A stretch of 64,000 nucleotides of DNA, taken from Acidobacteriota bacterium (GTDB lineage: Bacteria; Acidobacteriota; UBA890; WLXD01). The DNA lies in contig CBDBHB010000007.1 in assembly GCA_965205505.1 (NCBI GenBank), forward strand, positions 653,137 through 717,136, read 5' to 3'. The position numbers were made by a program, and so were the translations under genes. Positions 18,545 through 28,373 of the stretch are shown piece by piece (position 1 is the first letter of the stretch; each line of letters starts with the position of its first letter). The notes under the pieces were generated by a model. It was given only the letters and a program-made list of their open reading frames with translations, searched no databases and was not told the DNA's origin.

Positions 18545-21013
18545 CTACTCGATTCCGTCGGCCGTTGCGGCCCGCGTTCTACTCATCAGAAACGCCGTGC
18601 TCTTGGCGACGCCCATTACGAAGGACGACATCGGGTACCTGTCCTTTTCCGCCTCGCGAACGATCTGCCGGATCGCAGGCATATCGTTATACTCTACCCG
18701 GCGGCCGAGAGCATAGGCCATCAGACTCTCCGTGAAAAATGTGACGAACACGTCCGAGCGGCTCAGCAATGCCTCGCGCAGATCGCTGGGACCATTGATC
18801 GGCGTCCCATCGTAGAGCTGGCCGGAGGCATCGACGGGGACGCCCCGGTCGCGAATGCGCCAGGCGCCGGTGACGTCGAAGTTGTCGAGCGCCAGCCCGA
18901 TCGGGTCGATGACGTTGTGACACGAGCTGCAAGCCGGGTTGGCGCGGTGCTCGGCGAGCTGTTCGCGAACCGACAGGAATCGATCGCCCTTCACACTGTC
19001 GGTCTCCTCGAGGTCGGGAATATTGGGCGGGGGCGGCGGCGGCGGGCTACCGAGCAGAACCTCCATGATCCATTTGCCGCGCAGCACCGGCGAGGTTCGG
19101 TTGGCGTGCGAGGTAAGCGTGAGGATGCTGCCGTGCCCCAGGACACCGCGTCGTCGATCGTCCGTGTAGGCGACGCGGCGGAACTCGTTGCCGTTGACAC
19201 CCGGCATCCCGTAGTGACGTGCCAAGCGCTCGTTCACGAACGTGTAGTCGGCAGTCAACAACTCGAGCACGCTGCGATCCTCGCGCACCAGGAACGAGAA
19301 CAGCATCTCGGTCTCGCGCTGCATCGCCTCGGCGAGCGTGTGATCGAAATACGGATAGCTAAGGGCGTCCGGATGAACTTTCTGGAGATCCTGCAAGCGC
19401 AGCCACTGGGCGGCGAAGCGGGTGGCCAGCGCCTCGGACCGCGCGTCTGCCAGCATCCGCCGCACCTGACTTTCGAGCACCTGCGGCTTGGAGAGCTCGC
19501 GGCGCGCGGCCAGGTCGACGAGCTCCTGATCGGGCGGCGCACCCCAGAGAAAGAACGAGAGTCGCGAAGCGAGGGCAACATCGCCGATCCGATAAACGTC
19601 CCCCGAGCTCGACCGTTTGGGCGCCGCTTCCATGCGGAAAACGAAGTGTGGGCTTGCCAGCAGCGCTTGCAGGGCCATGCGGATGCCGCCCTCGAAGCCA
19701 CCCTGCGCCGCCCCTTGCTCGTAGAACCGCATCAAGCCCGCCAGGTCGCCCTCGCGCAGCGGCCGCCGGTAGGTCTGCGAAGCCAGGCGGGCCAGAATGC
19801 TCTCGGCGCACGGAACGGCCTCGTCGGGCGCCGTCGGGCGACAGGTGAAGATACGTCGCCGAGTGGGCGTCTCGGACACGCCGGTCACCTCGAACGGCCC
19901 CACGATCGAGAAGTTGCTCAGATGTGGCAGGGTAGTGATACCGTACCCGAGGCCGATCTGCTGGTCGGCCAGCGTGTGGTCGATCGGCGTGATGAGGTCG
20001 TCTTCCGGACCGTCGTCGCGGCGAATGAACGCCACCGCCACCTGCCGTGGGCCCGCTCGAATGTCGATCGGCTCGGTGACGATGGTGGCACCGCCGGCGT
20101 CCGATTCAGACATCCACCGGTCGAGCTCCACGAGCGCAACCCGGGCGCCGTCGATCGAGATGTCGATCGCCTCGCCCAGGGAAGTGCGACCGAACAGCTC
20201 CCCCTCGGGTGCCACATGTGGCATGACGCGAAACTCGTACTTGCCGTCGGCCGGGAAGTTGTGGATTACGGAGATTCCGCCGCGCGTACCGTAGGGTGTT
20301 CCCTCGACGTGCTCCTTCTGCGACGCCGTGCGCGGCATGGCGTACACGGTGGAAGCGGAGTCGGCCTTGGCGTCGCCCAGCGCGGTGCGGCTGATGTGTC
20401 CAGCGGCGCGCAGGTAGCCTTCCATCAGCGTCGCCGAGGGCATCTGGACGTCGGCAATGTTGTCGAAGCTGGCGCTCTTGGTATCGAGCGGCAGAAAGGC
20501 ACCAACGTCGATGTCGATCCCCAGCAAATCGCGAACCGATGCAGCGTACTCGGCGCGGTTGAGCCGCTGGAACGTCCTGCGGCCGGGCTCGGGATCCGCC
20601 GCAGCGGCCTCGTCGATGGTGCTCTCGAGCGCCGCAACCAGCGCCTCTACGACGGCTCGATCCGGCCGCCGGGCGGTCGGCGGCGGCATCATGCCGGCAC
20701 GCAGCTTACGGATCATCTTCTCGGTGATCTCGGCACGCTCGTCGGCACGCGCCGAATCGAACGACTCGAGGGTCAGCCCGCCGGTGAGTGACCCGTCATT
20801 GTGGCAGCGCACGCAAAACCGTCCGATCGTCTGATTCTGGTCATCGTAGGACGTCCGCTGCTCGGGGTTCCGCGACGGCGCGCGCGTCATCGAGACCGGC
20901 GGCTCGCTGGAACCCGGAGGCGCTTGCGCGAGGCGTCGTGCCGCACCGACGTCGACCGTAAGCCCGAGCAACAGGAGCGCGCAGATGGGTACTGCGAAGA
21001 TCAGTTCCCTCAT
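18545..21013 (-). CDS. DUF1592/DUF1588-type multi-domain cytochrome c protein
   Basis: Two CxxCH (CVRCH, CSSCH), RLNRAEY, LASRLSFFLW, RTSPVLRGKWI, PPPPP; start MRELIF at 21013. Confidence 0.88.
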   Translation of the reverse strand: MRELIFAVPICALLLLGLTVDVGAARRLAQAPPGSSEPPVSMTRAPSRNPEQRTSYDDQNQTIGRFCVRCHNDGSLTGGLTLESFDSARADERAEITEKMIRKLRAGMMPPPTARRPDRAVVEALVAALESTIDEAAAADPEPGRRTFQRLNRAEYAASVRDLLGIDIDVGAFLPLDTKSASFDNIADVQMPSATLMEGYLRAAGHISRTALGDAKADSASTVYAMPRTASQKEHVEGTPYGTRGGISVIHNFPADGKYEFRVMPHVAPEGELFGRTSLGEAIDISIDGARVALVELDRWMSESDAGGATIVTEPIDIRAGPRQVAVAFIRRDDGPEDDLITPIDHTLADQQIGLGYGITTLPHLSNFSIVGPFEVTGVSETPTRRRIFTCRPTAPDEAVPCAESILARLASQTYRRPLREGDLAGLMRFYEQGAAQGGFEGGIRMALQALLASPHFVFRMEAAPKRSSSGDVYRIGDVALASRLSFFLWGAPPDQELVDLAARRELSKPQVLESQVRRMLADARSEALATRFAAQWLRLQDLQKVHPDALSYPYFDHTLAEAMQRETEMLFSFLVREDRSVLELLTADYTFVNERLARHYGMPGVNGNEFRRVAYTDDRRRGVLGHGSILTLTSHANRTSPVLRGKWIMEVLLGSPPPPPPPNIPDLEETDSVKGDRFLSVREQLAEHRANPACSSCHNVIDPIGLALDNFDVTGAWRIRDRGVPVDASGQLYDGTPINGPSDLREALLSRSDVFVTFFTESLMAYALGRRVEYNDMPAIRQIVREAEKDRYPMSSFVMGVAKSTAFLMSRTRAATADGIE

Positions 21014-21023
21014 GCCACCTCTA

Positions 21024-21053
21024 GCAGGCCGTGGTGGAAGTGTGGCGGGCCTG
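21024..21053. repeat. 30-bp direct repeat, copy 1 (self-complementary ends)
   Basis: gcaggccgtggtggaagtgtggcgggcctg; 29/30 identical to 21663-21692. Confidence 0.85.
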
Positions 21054-21316
21054 GTTACGGCGGAGCGGCACACTACGGCGGAACAGGTGGAGCACCCTAC
21101 AACCGGCGCGCTCGCTGGCCAATCTGGAACCATACACCACCCGAATTCTACCGGGTACGTCCCCGATCGCCAGAGCCCGCCACCGCACCTTGCAGGTACG
21201 GCGCGACCCGCCAACACGGTGCCGCGGGCCTGGGCACGAAACCCTTTTGCCCCCGCGTCCGTTCTCGATAACAGGAAAGCGCGCAACTGAACCGAACGGG
21301 ACCCGGGAATCGATCG

Positions 21317-21530
21317 ATGGACAGCCTCTGGCACGACGTTCGCGAGCTTGATGGCGCACGACATAACGGTGGTGGGCCTGGCCGAGGGCGACGCGACACA
21401 GCGGATTTTCGCCGAATTCGCCTCCCACGACTATCTGGAGACTTTTGGCGTCGAAACGTTCCGCGGGCGGTTCTTCACACAGTCCGAGGAAGCTCCGGAA
21501 TCCGGCAGCCGCATCGCTGCTCGCCACCTA
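21317..21530 (+). pseudogene. Collapsed remnant of an ADOP permease gene
   Basis: MDSLWHDVR start followed, in another frame, by RIFAEFASHDYLETFGVETFRGRFFTQSEEAP (MacB periplasmic segment). Confidence 0.6.
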
Positions 21531-21652
21531 CCTGCCGGCGCGACGGGCGGCGAATGTCGCCCCGATCACGGCGCTACGGCAACAGTAAGGAACGACGGAT
21601 CGCCCACGGCAGGCGGTCACCGTCGCGTGCCGCAGGCAGCCTGAGCGCAGTC

Positions 21653-23272
21653 TTACTGCCCGGCAGGCCGTGGTGGAAGTGGGGCGGGCCTGCCAGGCTC
21701 GGTGAACAACACCGCCTCCGGCGGTTGTTCCGGAATCGGCTCCACGTATCGAGACTCGCCCTCGTACACGCTGCGGTCGCCGTTCGGAGCCCAGCGGCCC
21801 CAGATCGCCCGCACTATATCGTCTGTCAGGTTCACCATCCGGTGCATCGTATTCGGGGCGATGTAGATCACCTCGCCCGGCGCGGCGAGGAAGGTGTCAT
21901 TGCCGAGGGTCCACTCGGCCTGCCCGTCGACGACGACGTAGAACTCCGGTACCGGGTGAGCGTGACCGGCGTAAATCGCCCGCGGCGCGAGCTCCCAAAA
22001 GCCGACGTGCAAGTCGTCGTCGGGAATCGACTCGCCGCCGATGATTCTGTTTGAGCGCCGCTCGCCAACCTCCGAGGTCGACCAGCCAACCTGCGCCACG
22101 TTGACGTGCGCTGGCGGCGCGGAATTCTCCGACACCGGGTGCGCCAGATAGACATCGGCCACCTGCAGTGCGAAATCCTCGGGCACGATCTCGCCCATGT
22201 TGCACATCACCCAGAAGGAGAGCTGCTGGTCGGCAAAGCGAACGTAGTGCGCCTTGAACCCCATGAACGATCCGCCGTGGCCGAGAGTTCGGAGACCGCG
22301 ATGCTCGTCTTCTCGAATCGCGAACGCGTAGTCGAGGCGCTCGCCGCTGTTGAGCACGCCCTTGCCGTGCATGACTTCCATGAAGTCTGGCCCGCCCAAG
22401 CGGTTGTCGAGGAAGTTGCGGTCCCAACGCACGAAGTCCTCAACCGTGGTGTACAGACCTCCAGCGCCGGGAAGCGCGAAGTTCCCTTGGTAGCTTTGGA
22501 TGTAACGGTTCGCGCCTTCGTCGCCCGCATCCGGCGACGGCATGTAACTCATGGCGCGGTTCTTGACCACGTGCACCGGGTCGTCGTGAAAGTGCGTGTC
22601 GTGCATACCGAGCGGCTCGAAGATCTTCTCGCGGGTGTACTCACGCAGGCTCTTGCCACTGGCCCGCTGCACGATCATCGACAACAGAAAGTAACCGCCG
22701 TTGGAGTATTGGTATTGGTGGCCGGGCGGGAAGTCGAGCTCCTGGCGCGAGAGTAGCTCCAAGGCCTTCTCCCGACTGAACAGGTCCCACGTCGTGAGCC
22801 CGTTCTCGCGCATCACCCGGTACATGTCGGGCACGCCGCTGGTGTGGTGCACCAGCTGACGTATGGTTACCGGCGGCTCGCGGTGGGGCATCTTCGGCAG
22901 GTGTTCGCGGACGTCGTCGTCGAGGTCGAGCTTACCCTCGTGAGCCAGCAGCGCGATCGCCGCAGCGGTGAACTGCTTGGAGATGGAGCCGACGTAGATG
23001 ACGGTCGTCGGGCTCATCGGGATATCCCAATCGAGATTGGCGTACCCGTAGCCCTTCTTGTAGATGAGCTGGCCTTGATGAGCCACACCCAGGGCACACC
23101 CCACCGACCCAGGCGCATCGAACCGCGCGAACACCGCGTCCACCTCGCCAGGGTCCGGGAGGCGCAACCGCATGGGTCCGTTCTCCTGGCCTTCTCCAAC
23201 GCTCGGAGCTGCCAAGAGTAAGGCCGTCACGACGACGGCAACTGGCATGACGGGAACGCGTATCGACCTCAT
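21653..23272 (-). CDS. Beta-lactamase-fold serine hydrolase fused to a C-terminal cupin domain
   Basis: AAGGAG RBS before ATG 23272; signal peptide; SISK, YSN, HGG; then cupin HAHPVPEFY...GEVIYIAPNTMHRM. Confidence 0.85.
   Translation of the reverse strand: MRSIRVPVMPVAVVVTALLLAAPSVGEGQENGPMRLRLPDPGEVDAVFARFDAPGSVGCALGVAHQGQLIYKKGYGYANLDWDIPMSPTTVIYVGSISKQFTAAAIALLAHEGKLDLDDDVREHLPKMPHREPPVTIRQLVHHTSGVPDMYRVMRENGLTTWDLFSREKALELLSRQELDFPPGHQYQYSNGGYFLLSMIVQRASGKSLREYTREKIFEPLGMHDTHFHDDPVHVVKNRAMSYMPSPDAGDEGANRYIQSYQGNFALPGAGGLYTTVEDFVRWDRNFLDNRLGGPDFMEVMHGKGVLNSGERLDYAFAIREDEHRGLRTLGHGGSFMGFKAHYVRFADQQLSFWVMCNMGEIVPEDFALQVADVYLAHPVSENSAPPAHVNVAQVGWSTSEVGERRSNRIIGGESIPDDDLHVGFWELAPRAIYAGHAHPVPEFYVVVDGQAEWTLGNDTFLAAPGEVIYIAPNTMHRMVNLTDDIVRAIWGRWAPNGDRSVYEGESRYVEPIPEQPPEAVLFTEPGRPAPLPPRPAGQ
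21663..21692. repeat. 30-bp direct repeat, copy 2
   Basis: gcaggccgtggtggaagtggggcgggcctg. Confidence 0.85.
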
Positions 23273-23322
23273 GCTGTTCTCCTTAGATCCGTGGCACCGA
23301 CGGGTTGTCGGCCCACACGTTT

Positions 23323-24429
23323 TTAATCCAGCTCGCTGATCTGACGCTCGGCGCCGGCGAGCCACTCGGGGTTGATCTCGACACCCCAACCCGGGCCGTC
23401 GGGGATCTGCACCATACCGTCGACTGCCTCCAGTGCTGGCGTATAGAGGCCTTCCTGCCACGGGTAGTACTCGGTCGGCTCGATGGAGAATTCCACGTAC
23501 GGCCCGGCGTTCTCGATGGCTCCCATCATGTGGAGCGTAAACACCGTGACCATCGACAGGTTGGCCGAGTGCGGGACGCAGGGCACCCCGGCCTCGTTGG
23601 CCATCGCCGCCACCCGCAGGGTTCGGGTGAGGCCGCCTAGATAGCAGACGTCGGGCTGCACGATGTTGAAAGCGCGCGCCTCCAGGATGCGGCGCCACTG
23701 CGAGACGGAGCAGTCTTGCTCGCCCCCGGCAACCGGCACCTCGGTGGCGCGGGTCACCTCGGCGGTCCACTCGAACTCCCAATACGGGCAGGGTTCCTCG
23801 TAGTGGCACACGCCGTGGTCGGCGAGCATGCGGCCAACCTCGATGGCCTTCTTGGGGGTGTAGGCGCAGTTGGCGTCGACCAGCAGGGAGACGTCGTTAC
23901 CGAGCGCGTTCCGTACCTGCGATACGACCGCCTCGGTACGACCCGGCCACTCGTCCTCGTCGTGACCGCACTCCTTGCCAATGCGGATCTTGAAGGCGTT
24001 GAAGCCATGTTGGTCGCGCAGCCTCACCAGGCGCTGGGCTTCGTCCTCGGGTGTGATGTCGCGGCGCATGCTGGCGCCATACACAGCCAACGGGCGCGGC
24101 GTGCCGCCGAGAAGCTCACACACGCTCTTACCCTCGCGCTTGCCGCGCAGATCCCACAGCGCCGTGTCGAGACCGGTCAACGCCCGGCGCACGTATGAGC
24201 CGGGGAACTTGAACTCGATCTCGACAATGCGGTCGAGCAACGCATCGATGTCGCCAACATCCTCACCGAGCGCGTAGGGCGCGACCTGGCGGTGTACTAC
24301 CCGCGCAGCAATATCGGCGTTGTAGGGCGACAGCTGACCCCAGCCCTCCGCACCGTCGTCGGCGAGCAGCCGCACGATGCTGATGAACTCGTTGCTGAAG
24401 GTCTCGATGCTGTGGATCTTGGGAGACAC
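23323..24429 (-). CDS. Mandelate racemase/muconate lactonising enzyme family protein
   Basis: [32 protein letters not shown]; GTG start with GGAG RBS. Confidence 0.9.
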   Translation of the reverse strand: MSPKIHSIETFSNEFISIVRLLADDGAEGWGQLSPYNADIAARVVHRQVAPYALGEDVGDIDALLDRIVEIEFKFPGSYVRRALTGLDTALWDLRGKREGKSVCELLGGTPRPLAVYGASMRRDITPEDEAQRLVRLRDQHGFNAFKIRIGKECGHDEDEWPGRTEAVVSQVRNALGNDVSLLVDANCAYTPKKAIEVGRMLADHGVCHYEEPCPYWEFEWTAEVTRATEVPVAGGEQDCSVSQWRRILEARAFNIVQPDVCYLGGLTRTLRVAAMANEAGVPCVPHSANLSMVTVFTLHMMGAIENAGPYVEFSIEPTEYYPWQEGLYTPALEAVDGMVQIPDGPGWGVEINPEWLAGAERQISELD

Positions 24430-24484
24430 GGGCGCTCCTGGTGACCGGTGGTCTAGTGTCCTGCGGCGACGCGCCAACGATCGC

Positions 24485-25564
24485 TCAGAACAGGATGACG
24501 TTGCGCAGCGCGTCGCCCCGGTTCACCGCCGCGATCGCTTCGTTGATCTCTTCAAGCGGGTAGCGACCCGTAACGAGCTCGTCGAGCTTCAGCTCGCCTT
24601 GCTGGTAAAGACGTACCAGCTTCGGCACATCGACTTGAATCTGCACCGATCCCATCTTACTGCCGACGATGGTCTGTCCTGCGTCGGCCACATTGCCCAT
24701 CTCGATCTCCGACATCTCACCGGTGGCCGGCATGCCGACGACCACCAGGGTGCCGCCGCGTCGCAGCAGCTTGAGCCCCTGCTCGAAGGCCGACGCGCTG
24801 CCCACCGTCACGAAGACGTAGTCGGCACCGCGTCCCGCGGTTAGGGAGCGAACGACCTCGGCGGCGGCGGCATCACCGCCGTTGACGCGATGGGTGGCTC
24901 CGAACGCTTGCGCCGCCTCGAGCTTCGTGTCCACGAGATCGATTGCGATGATGGGATGCGCTTCCGAGAGCCTCGCTCCCTGAACGCTGTTGAGACCCAC
25001 GCCGCCCACACCGATTACCACGACGCTGCTGCCCGCCGGCACTTTGGCCGTGTTCGTTACCGCTCCCAGACCGGTGATGACTCCGCAGGCCAGCAATGAT
25101 GCGCTCTCGAAGGCTATGTCGTCTGGAATGGCGACCAGCTGAGATTGGTCCACGACCACCTGCTCGGCAAAGGCGGCGGTGCGAAAGCCCTGGAAGATCG
25201 AGATCTCGTCGCGCGTCGTGAGCGGGCTTCTCTCGTGCAAGGGAAATGTCGTCTCGCACTGCGCCGGGAGGCCCTGGGAGCAGAAGTAGCAGCGCCCACA
25301 CGAGCGCAGCAGCGTAACCACGACACGCTGACCCACCTCCACGAGCGTCACGCCCGGGCCGACTTCCTCGACCACGCCGGCCGCCTCGTGCCCGTAGATC
25401 ACCGGCAGCGGCCCGCCCCACGCTCCCTCGATGGCGTATATGTCGGTATGGCAGATGGCGCAGGCCGCGAGCTCTACCTTGACCTCTCCAGCATGCGGTG
25501 GATCGAGGTCGACCTGCTCGACGACGAGTGGCTTGCCGAACTCGTGACACACAGCGGCTCTCAT
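24485..25564 (-). CDS. Zn-dependent alcohol dehydrogenase (MDR, class III-like)
   Basis: CHTD, GHE, CGRCYFC...C, ACGVITG, GVGGVG. Confidence 0.93.
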   Translation of the reverse strand: MRAAVCHEFGKPLVVEQVDLDPPHAGEVKVELAACAICHTDIYAIEGAWGGPLPVIYGHEAAGVVEEVGPGVTLVEVGQRVVVTLLRSCGRCYFCSQGLPAQCETTFPLHERSPLTTRDEISIFQGFRTAAFAEQVVVDQSQLVAIPDDIAFESASLLACGVITGLGAVTNTAKVPAGSSVVVIGVGGVGLNSVQGARLSEAHPIIAIDLVDTKLEAAQAFGATHRVNGGDAAAAEVVRSLTAGRGADYVFVTVGSASAFEQGLKLLRRGGTLVVVGMPATGEMSEIEMGNVADAGQTIVGSKMGSVQIQVDVPKLVRLYQQGELKLDELVTGRYPLEEINEAIAAVNRGDALRNVILF

Positions 25565-25584
25565 GGCCGCATTGTATTCGCGAG

Positions 25585-28080
25585 CTATTCGTAGCGCAGC
25601 GCGGTCATCGGATCGATACGCGCCGCCCGCAGCGCCGGGATCGCTCCCGCCACCAGTGCCACCACGCCGAGCACCGCGATCGATAGGCCGACCACCAGCG
25701 GATCGCTACCCTGCAGCTCGAACAATAGCGACTCCGCGGCCCGGCCCAGCGCCAGGGCGACAGCCAGGCCGACTGCGCAACCGATGAGCGCCATCCGGCC
25801 CAGCTGTTTGAACACCATGGCGCGCACGCGGCTGCCGTCGGCACCCAAAGCCATGCGAATACCGAACTCACGCGTGCGCTGGGAAACGGTGTAGTCGAGA
25901 ACGCCGTACAACCCCACCGAGGCCAGCAGGGTAGCGAGCAGCGCGAAGGCACTCGACAGGGTCCCTAGGAAGCGGTCCAGGAAAACGCTGTCGTTGGCTT
26001 GCTGCTCGAGCGTGATGAGCCTCTCGACCGGCAGGTTGGGGTCGAACCCCTCAACAACGCCGGGAATAGCGCTGAGAACCTGCTGGGGATCACCTGCTGA
26101 GCGTAGGTAGAACGTGATGTTGCCAATACTCTCGTCCTGGAGATAGGGAGTGAAGAACATCGGCGGCACCACCTCCTTTACCTCCGCGTACTTAGCGTTC
26201 TGCACAACCCCGACGATCTCGAGATCGAGCTCGGCGCTCCGGCCGCCGTCCGTCGACATCCGCTTGCCCACGGCGCGTACCCCGTCCAGACCGAATTTCT
26301 CCGCGAAAGCCTCGTTCACCACCGCGACTCCCGGGGTGTCCATGGCGTCGTCCGTGGCGAACTCCCGACCCGCCATCAGGGGGATACCGAGCGTGCTGAA
26401 GTAGTCGGCACCGATGCGGTTCAGGCGGGCGCCGTTGTCGACATCCGGGCCTCACTCGAAACCCTCCACCGATACGCTATTTCCCCAGCTGTTGCCGCTC
26501 AGGATCGGTACCATCGCGGCAGTCACGCTGGTCACGCTGGGTATCGCCAACAGCGCCTCCTCGGCTCGCTGGAACAAGGCCTTCGACTCCTCCGGCTCGT
26601 AACCGTTGAGCTCCGGCGAAATGGCGAACGTAACGACATTGTCGGTCTGCACTCCGAGATCCACCCGGCTGACGTTGAGCAGGCTCCTGACGAACAGCCC
26701 GGCGACCACCAGGAGCGCCGTCGACAGAGCAATCTGCGCGATGACCAGCGACCTACGAAAGCGCGCCGCATCGATATCGCCGGCCGCCTGACCGGCGTTC
26801 GATCGCAACACCGTGGACAAATCGGACCGGGTACTGTGCAACGCTGGGTAGAGCCCGAAAATGACGCCGGTACCAAGCGCCAGGATGGCGGCGAACGCCA
26901 CCACAGCTGGGCGCAGCTCGAGCGTGATGCTAGAGAGTCCACCCTCGGGCACGGCCGCCCCGATTGCCGCCAGCGTCCATTGGGCGACCAACAGGCTGGC
27001 GATGCCGCCGAGCATCGCCAAGAGGCACGATTCCAGCAGCAGCTGGCGCAGGAGCTGCCAGCGACTGGCGCCAATCGAGCCGCGGATGGCGATCTCCTGG
27101 TCGCGCTGGGCGCCTCGCGCCAGCAAGAGGTTGGCGATGTTGGCGCAGGCAATCAGCAGCACCGTGCCGGTGATCCCGAACAGCAGCAAGAGAGGCGTCC
27201 GCGCATCATCGTAGAATTCACTCTGCCCCCGGTGGCCCGGCTCGAAGAGCAGTTCCCTGGCGCGGAATCGTTCCAACGTCGCGTCGCTCATGCCCTCCTG
27301 CAGCTCGGCCTCCACGTCGCTGAGGATGGCCGCGTAGACGTTGTTGAGCTCCGCCCCGGCGCGCTCGATCGACACCCCCGGCTCGAGGCGACCGAACAGG
27401 TATGCCCAGTAGCCGCGGCGACTTTCGAATCCCGGCCAGGTCGGAAACATGGCGTTGCGGATGAACACGTCGGGCTCGCTGCCGAACGTCGTGCCGCGAA
27501 ACCCCTCCTGCGCGACGCCGACGATCGTCATCGAAACACCATTCGCGATGATCGTCTCGTTGAGCACGCCCGGATCGCCACCGAGGCGGTTACGCCAATA
27601 GTCGTGGCTCAAGACGGCGACGAAGTGCTCGCCGATGTTCTGGTCGTCGGCGGGGCCGAGAAGCCGACCCAGCGCCGGCCGCACGCCGAGCACACCGAAA
27701 TAGGAGCCCGACACCAGCATCCCGGCCCCGTGCACAGTCTCGCCGTCCTGGGCCAGATTGGCGCCGAAGCCCATGTGCGCGGCGATACCCGAAAAGCCGG
27801 TCGCAGCGGCCTCCAGATCCTTGAACATCGGATGGCTGAACACCTCGTCGCAGTCGCCCGCGCCACCGCACGACTGCGATCCGGGCTTCGGCCCCGGGTT
27901 GGCGAAGTTCACCAGGGTGCCCGGCTCCTGCACCGGCAAAGACTTGAGCAACAGCTGATCGAAAAGCGAGAAGATCGCCGCGTTGGCGCCGATACCGAGC
28001 GCCAGTGAGAGAATCGCCACAGCGGTGACGAAGGGCGTGTGGGACAGCGCACGGAGGGCGAACTTGATGGCGGTCATCAC
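25585..28080 (-). pseudogene. ADOP ABC permease interrupted by one in-frame TGA (26452-26454)
   Basis: ORFs 26452-28080 and 25585-26376 share a frame; read-through gives VEGFE*GPDVDNGARLNRIGADYFSTLGIPLMAGREF. Confidence 0.8.
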
Positions 28081-28245
28081 TGGCTCTCTCGGGGACTCGC
28101 AGCGGGGCGTCGGCGAACGGTTTGGGGCGGTCGTTGGTTAGACGACCGGAACGCGGGGAGCGTTTGCACCAGCCTACTCAAACAGACCTCTGCGATCACG
28201 GCCCCTTCCGCTCTTTCTTCCGCAACCCACCGAGGATTAACGACC

Positions 28246-28362
28246 ATGGCGATAGGCGCAGTGCTACTGGCGGCGATGCTGGCAGGGCCGGGCGGCAGCG
28301 CCCAGGCGGAGTTGTTCTACGAGGAGATCTTCTCGTTCTGGGAGATGGCCGAGTTCAAGTGA
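28246..28362 (+). CDS. Possible 38-aa secreted small protein or deletion remnant
   Basis: GAGGA upstream; MAIGAVLLAAMLAGPGGSAQA-ELFYEEIFSFWEMAEFK; fills an intergenic gap. Confidence 0.35.
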   Translation: MAIGAVLLAAMLAGPGGSAQAELFYEEIFSFWEMAEFK

Positions 28363-28373
28363 ACCTGCCTCCC

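Noticed and set aside
18143-20791. 882-aa plus-strand ORF and many other long antisense ORFs (e.g. 1757-2695, 26836-28008, 54284-55456)
   Set aside because: Shadow frames of motif-bearing genes in high-GC DNA; no recognisable motifs
23273-23809. N-terminal extensions in the ORF track (also 39043-39957, 21014-21364, 1272-1493, 12044-12409)
   Set aside because: They overlap neighbouring genes or intergenic DNA; better starts with RBS or signal peptides lie downstream
26452-26500. Selenocysteine recoding of the permease TGA
   Set aside because: No redox motif context and no clear SECIS-like hairpin
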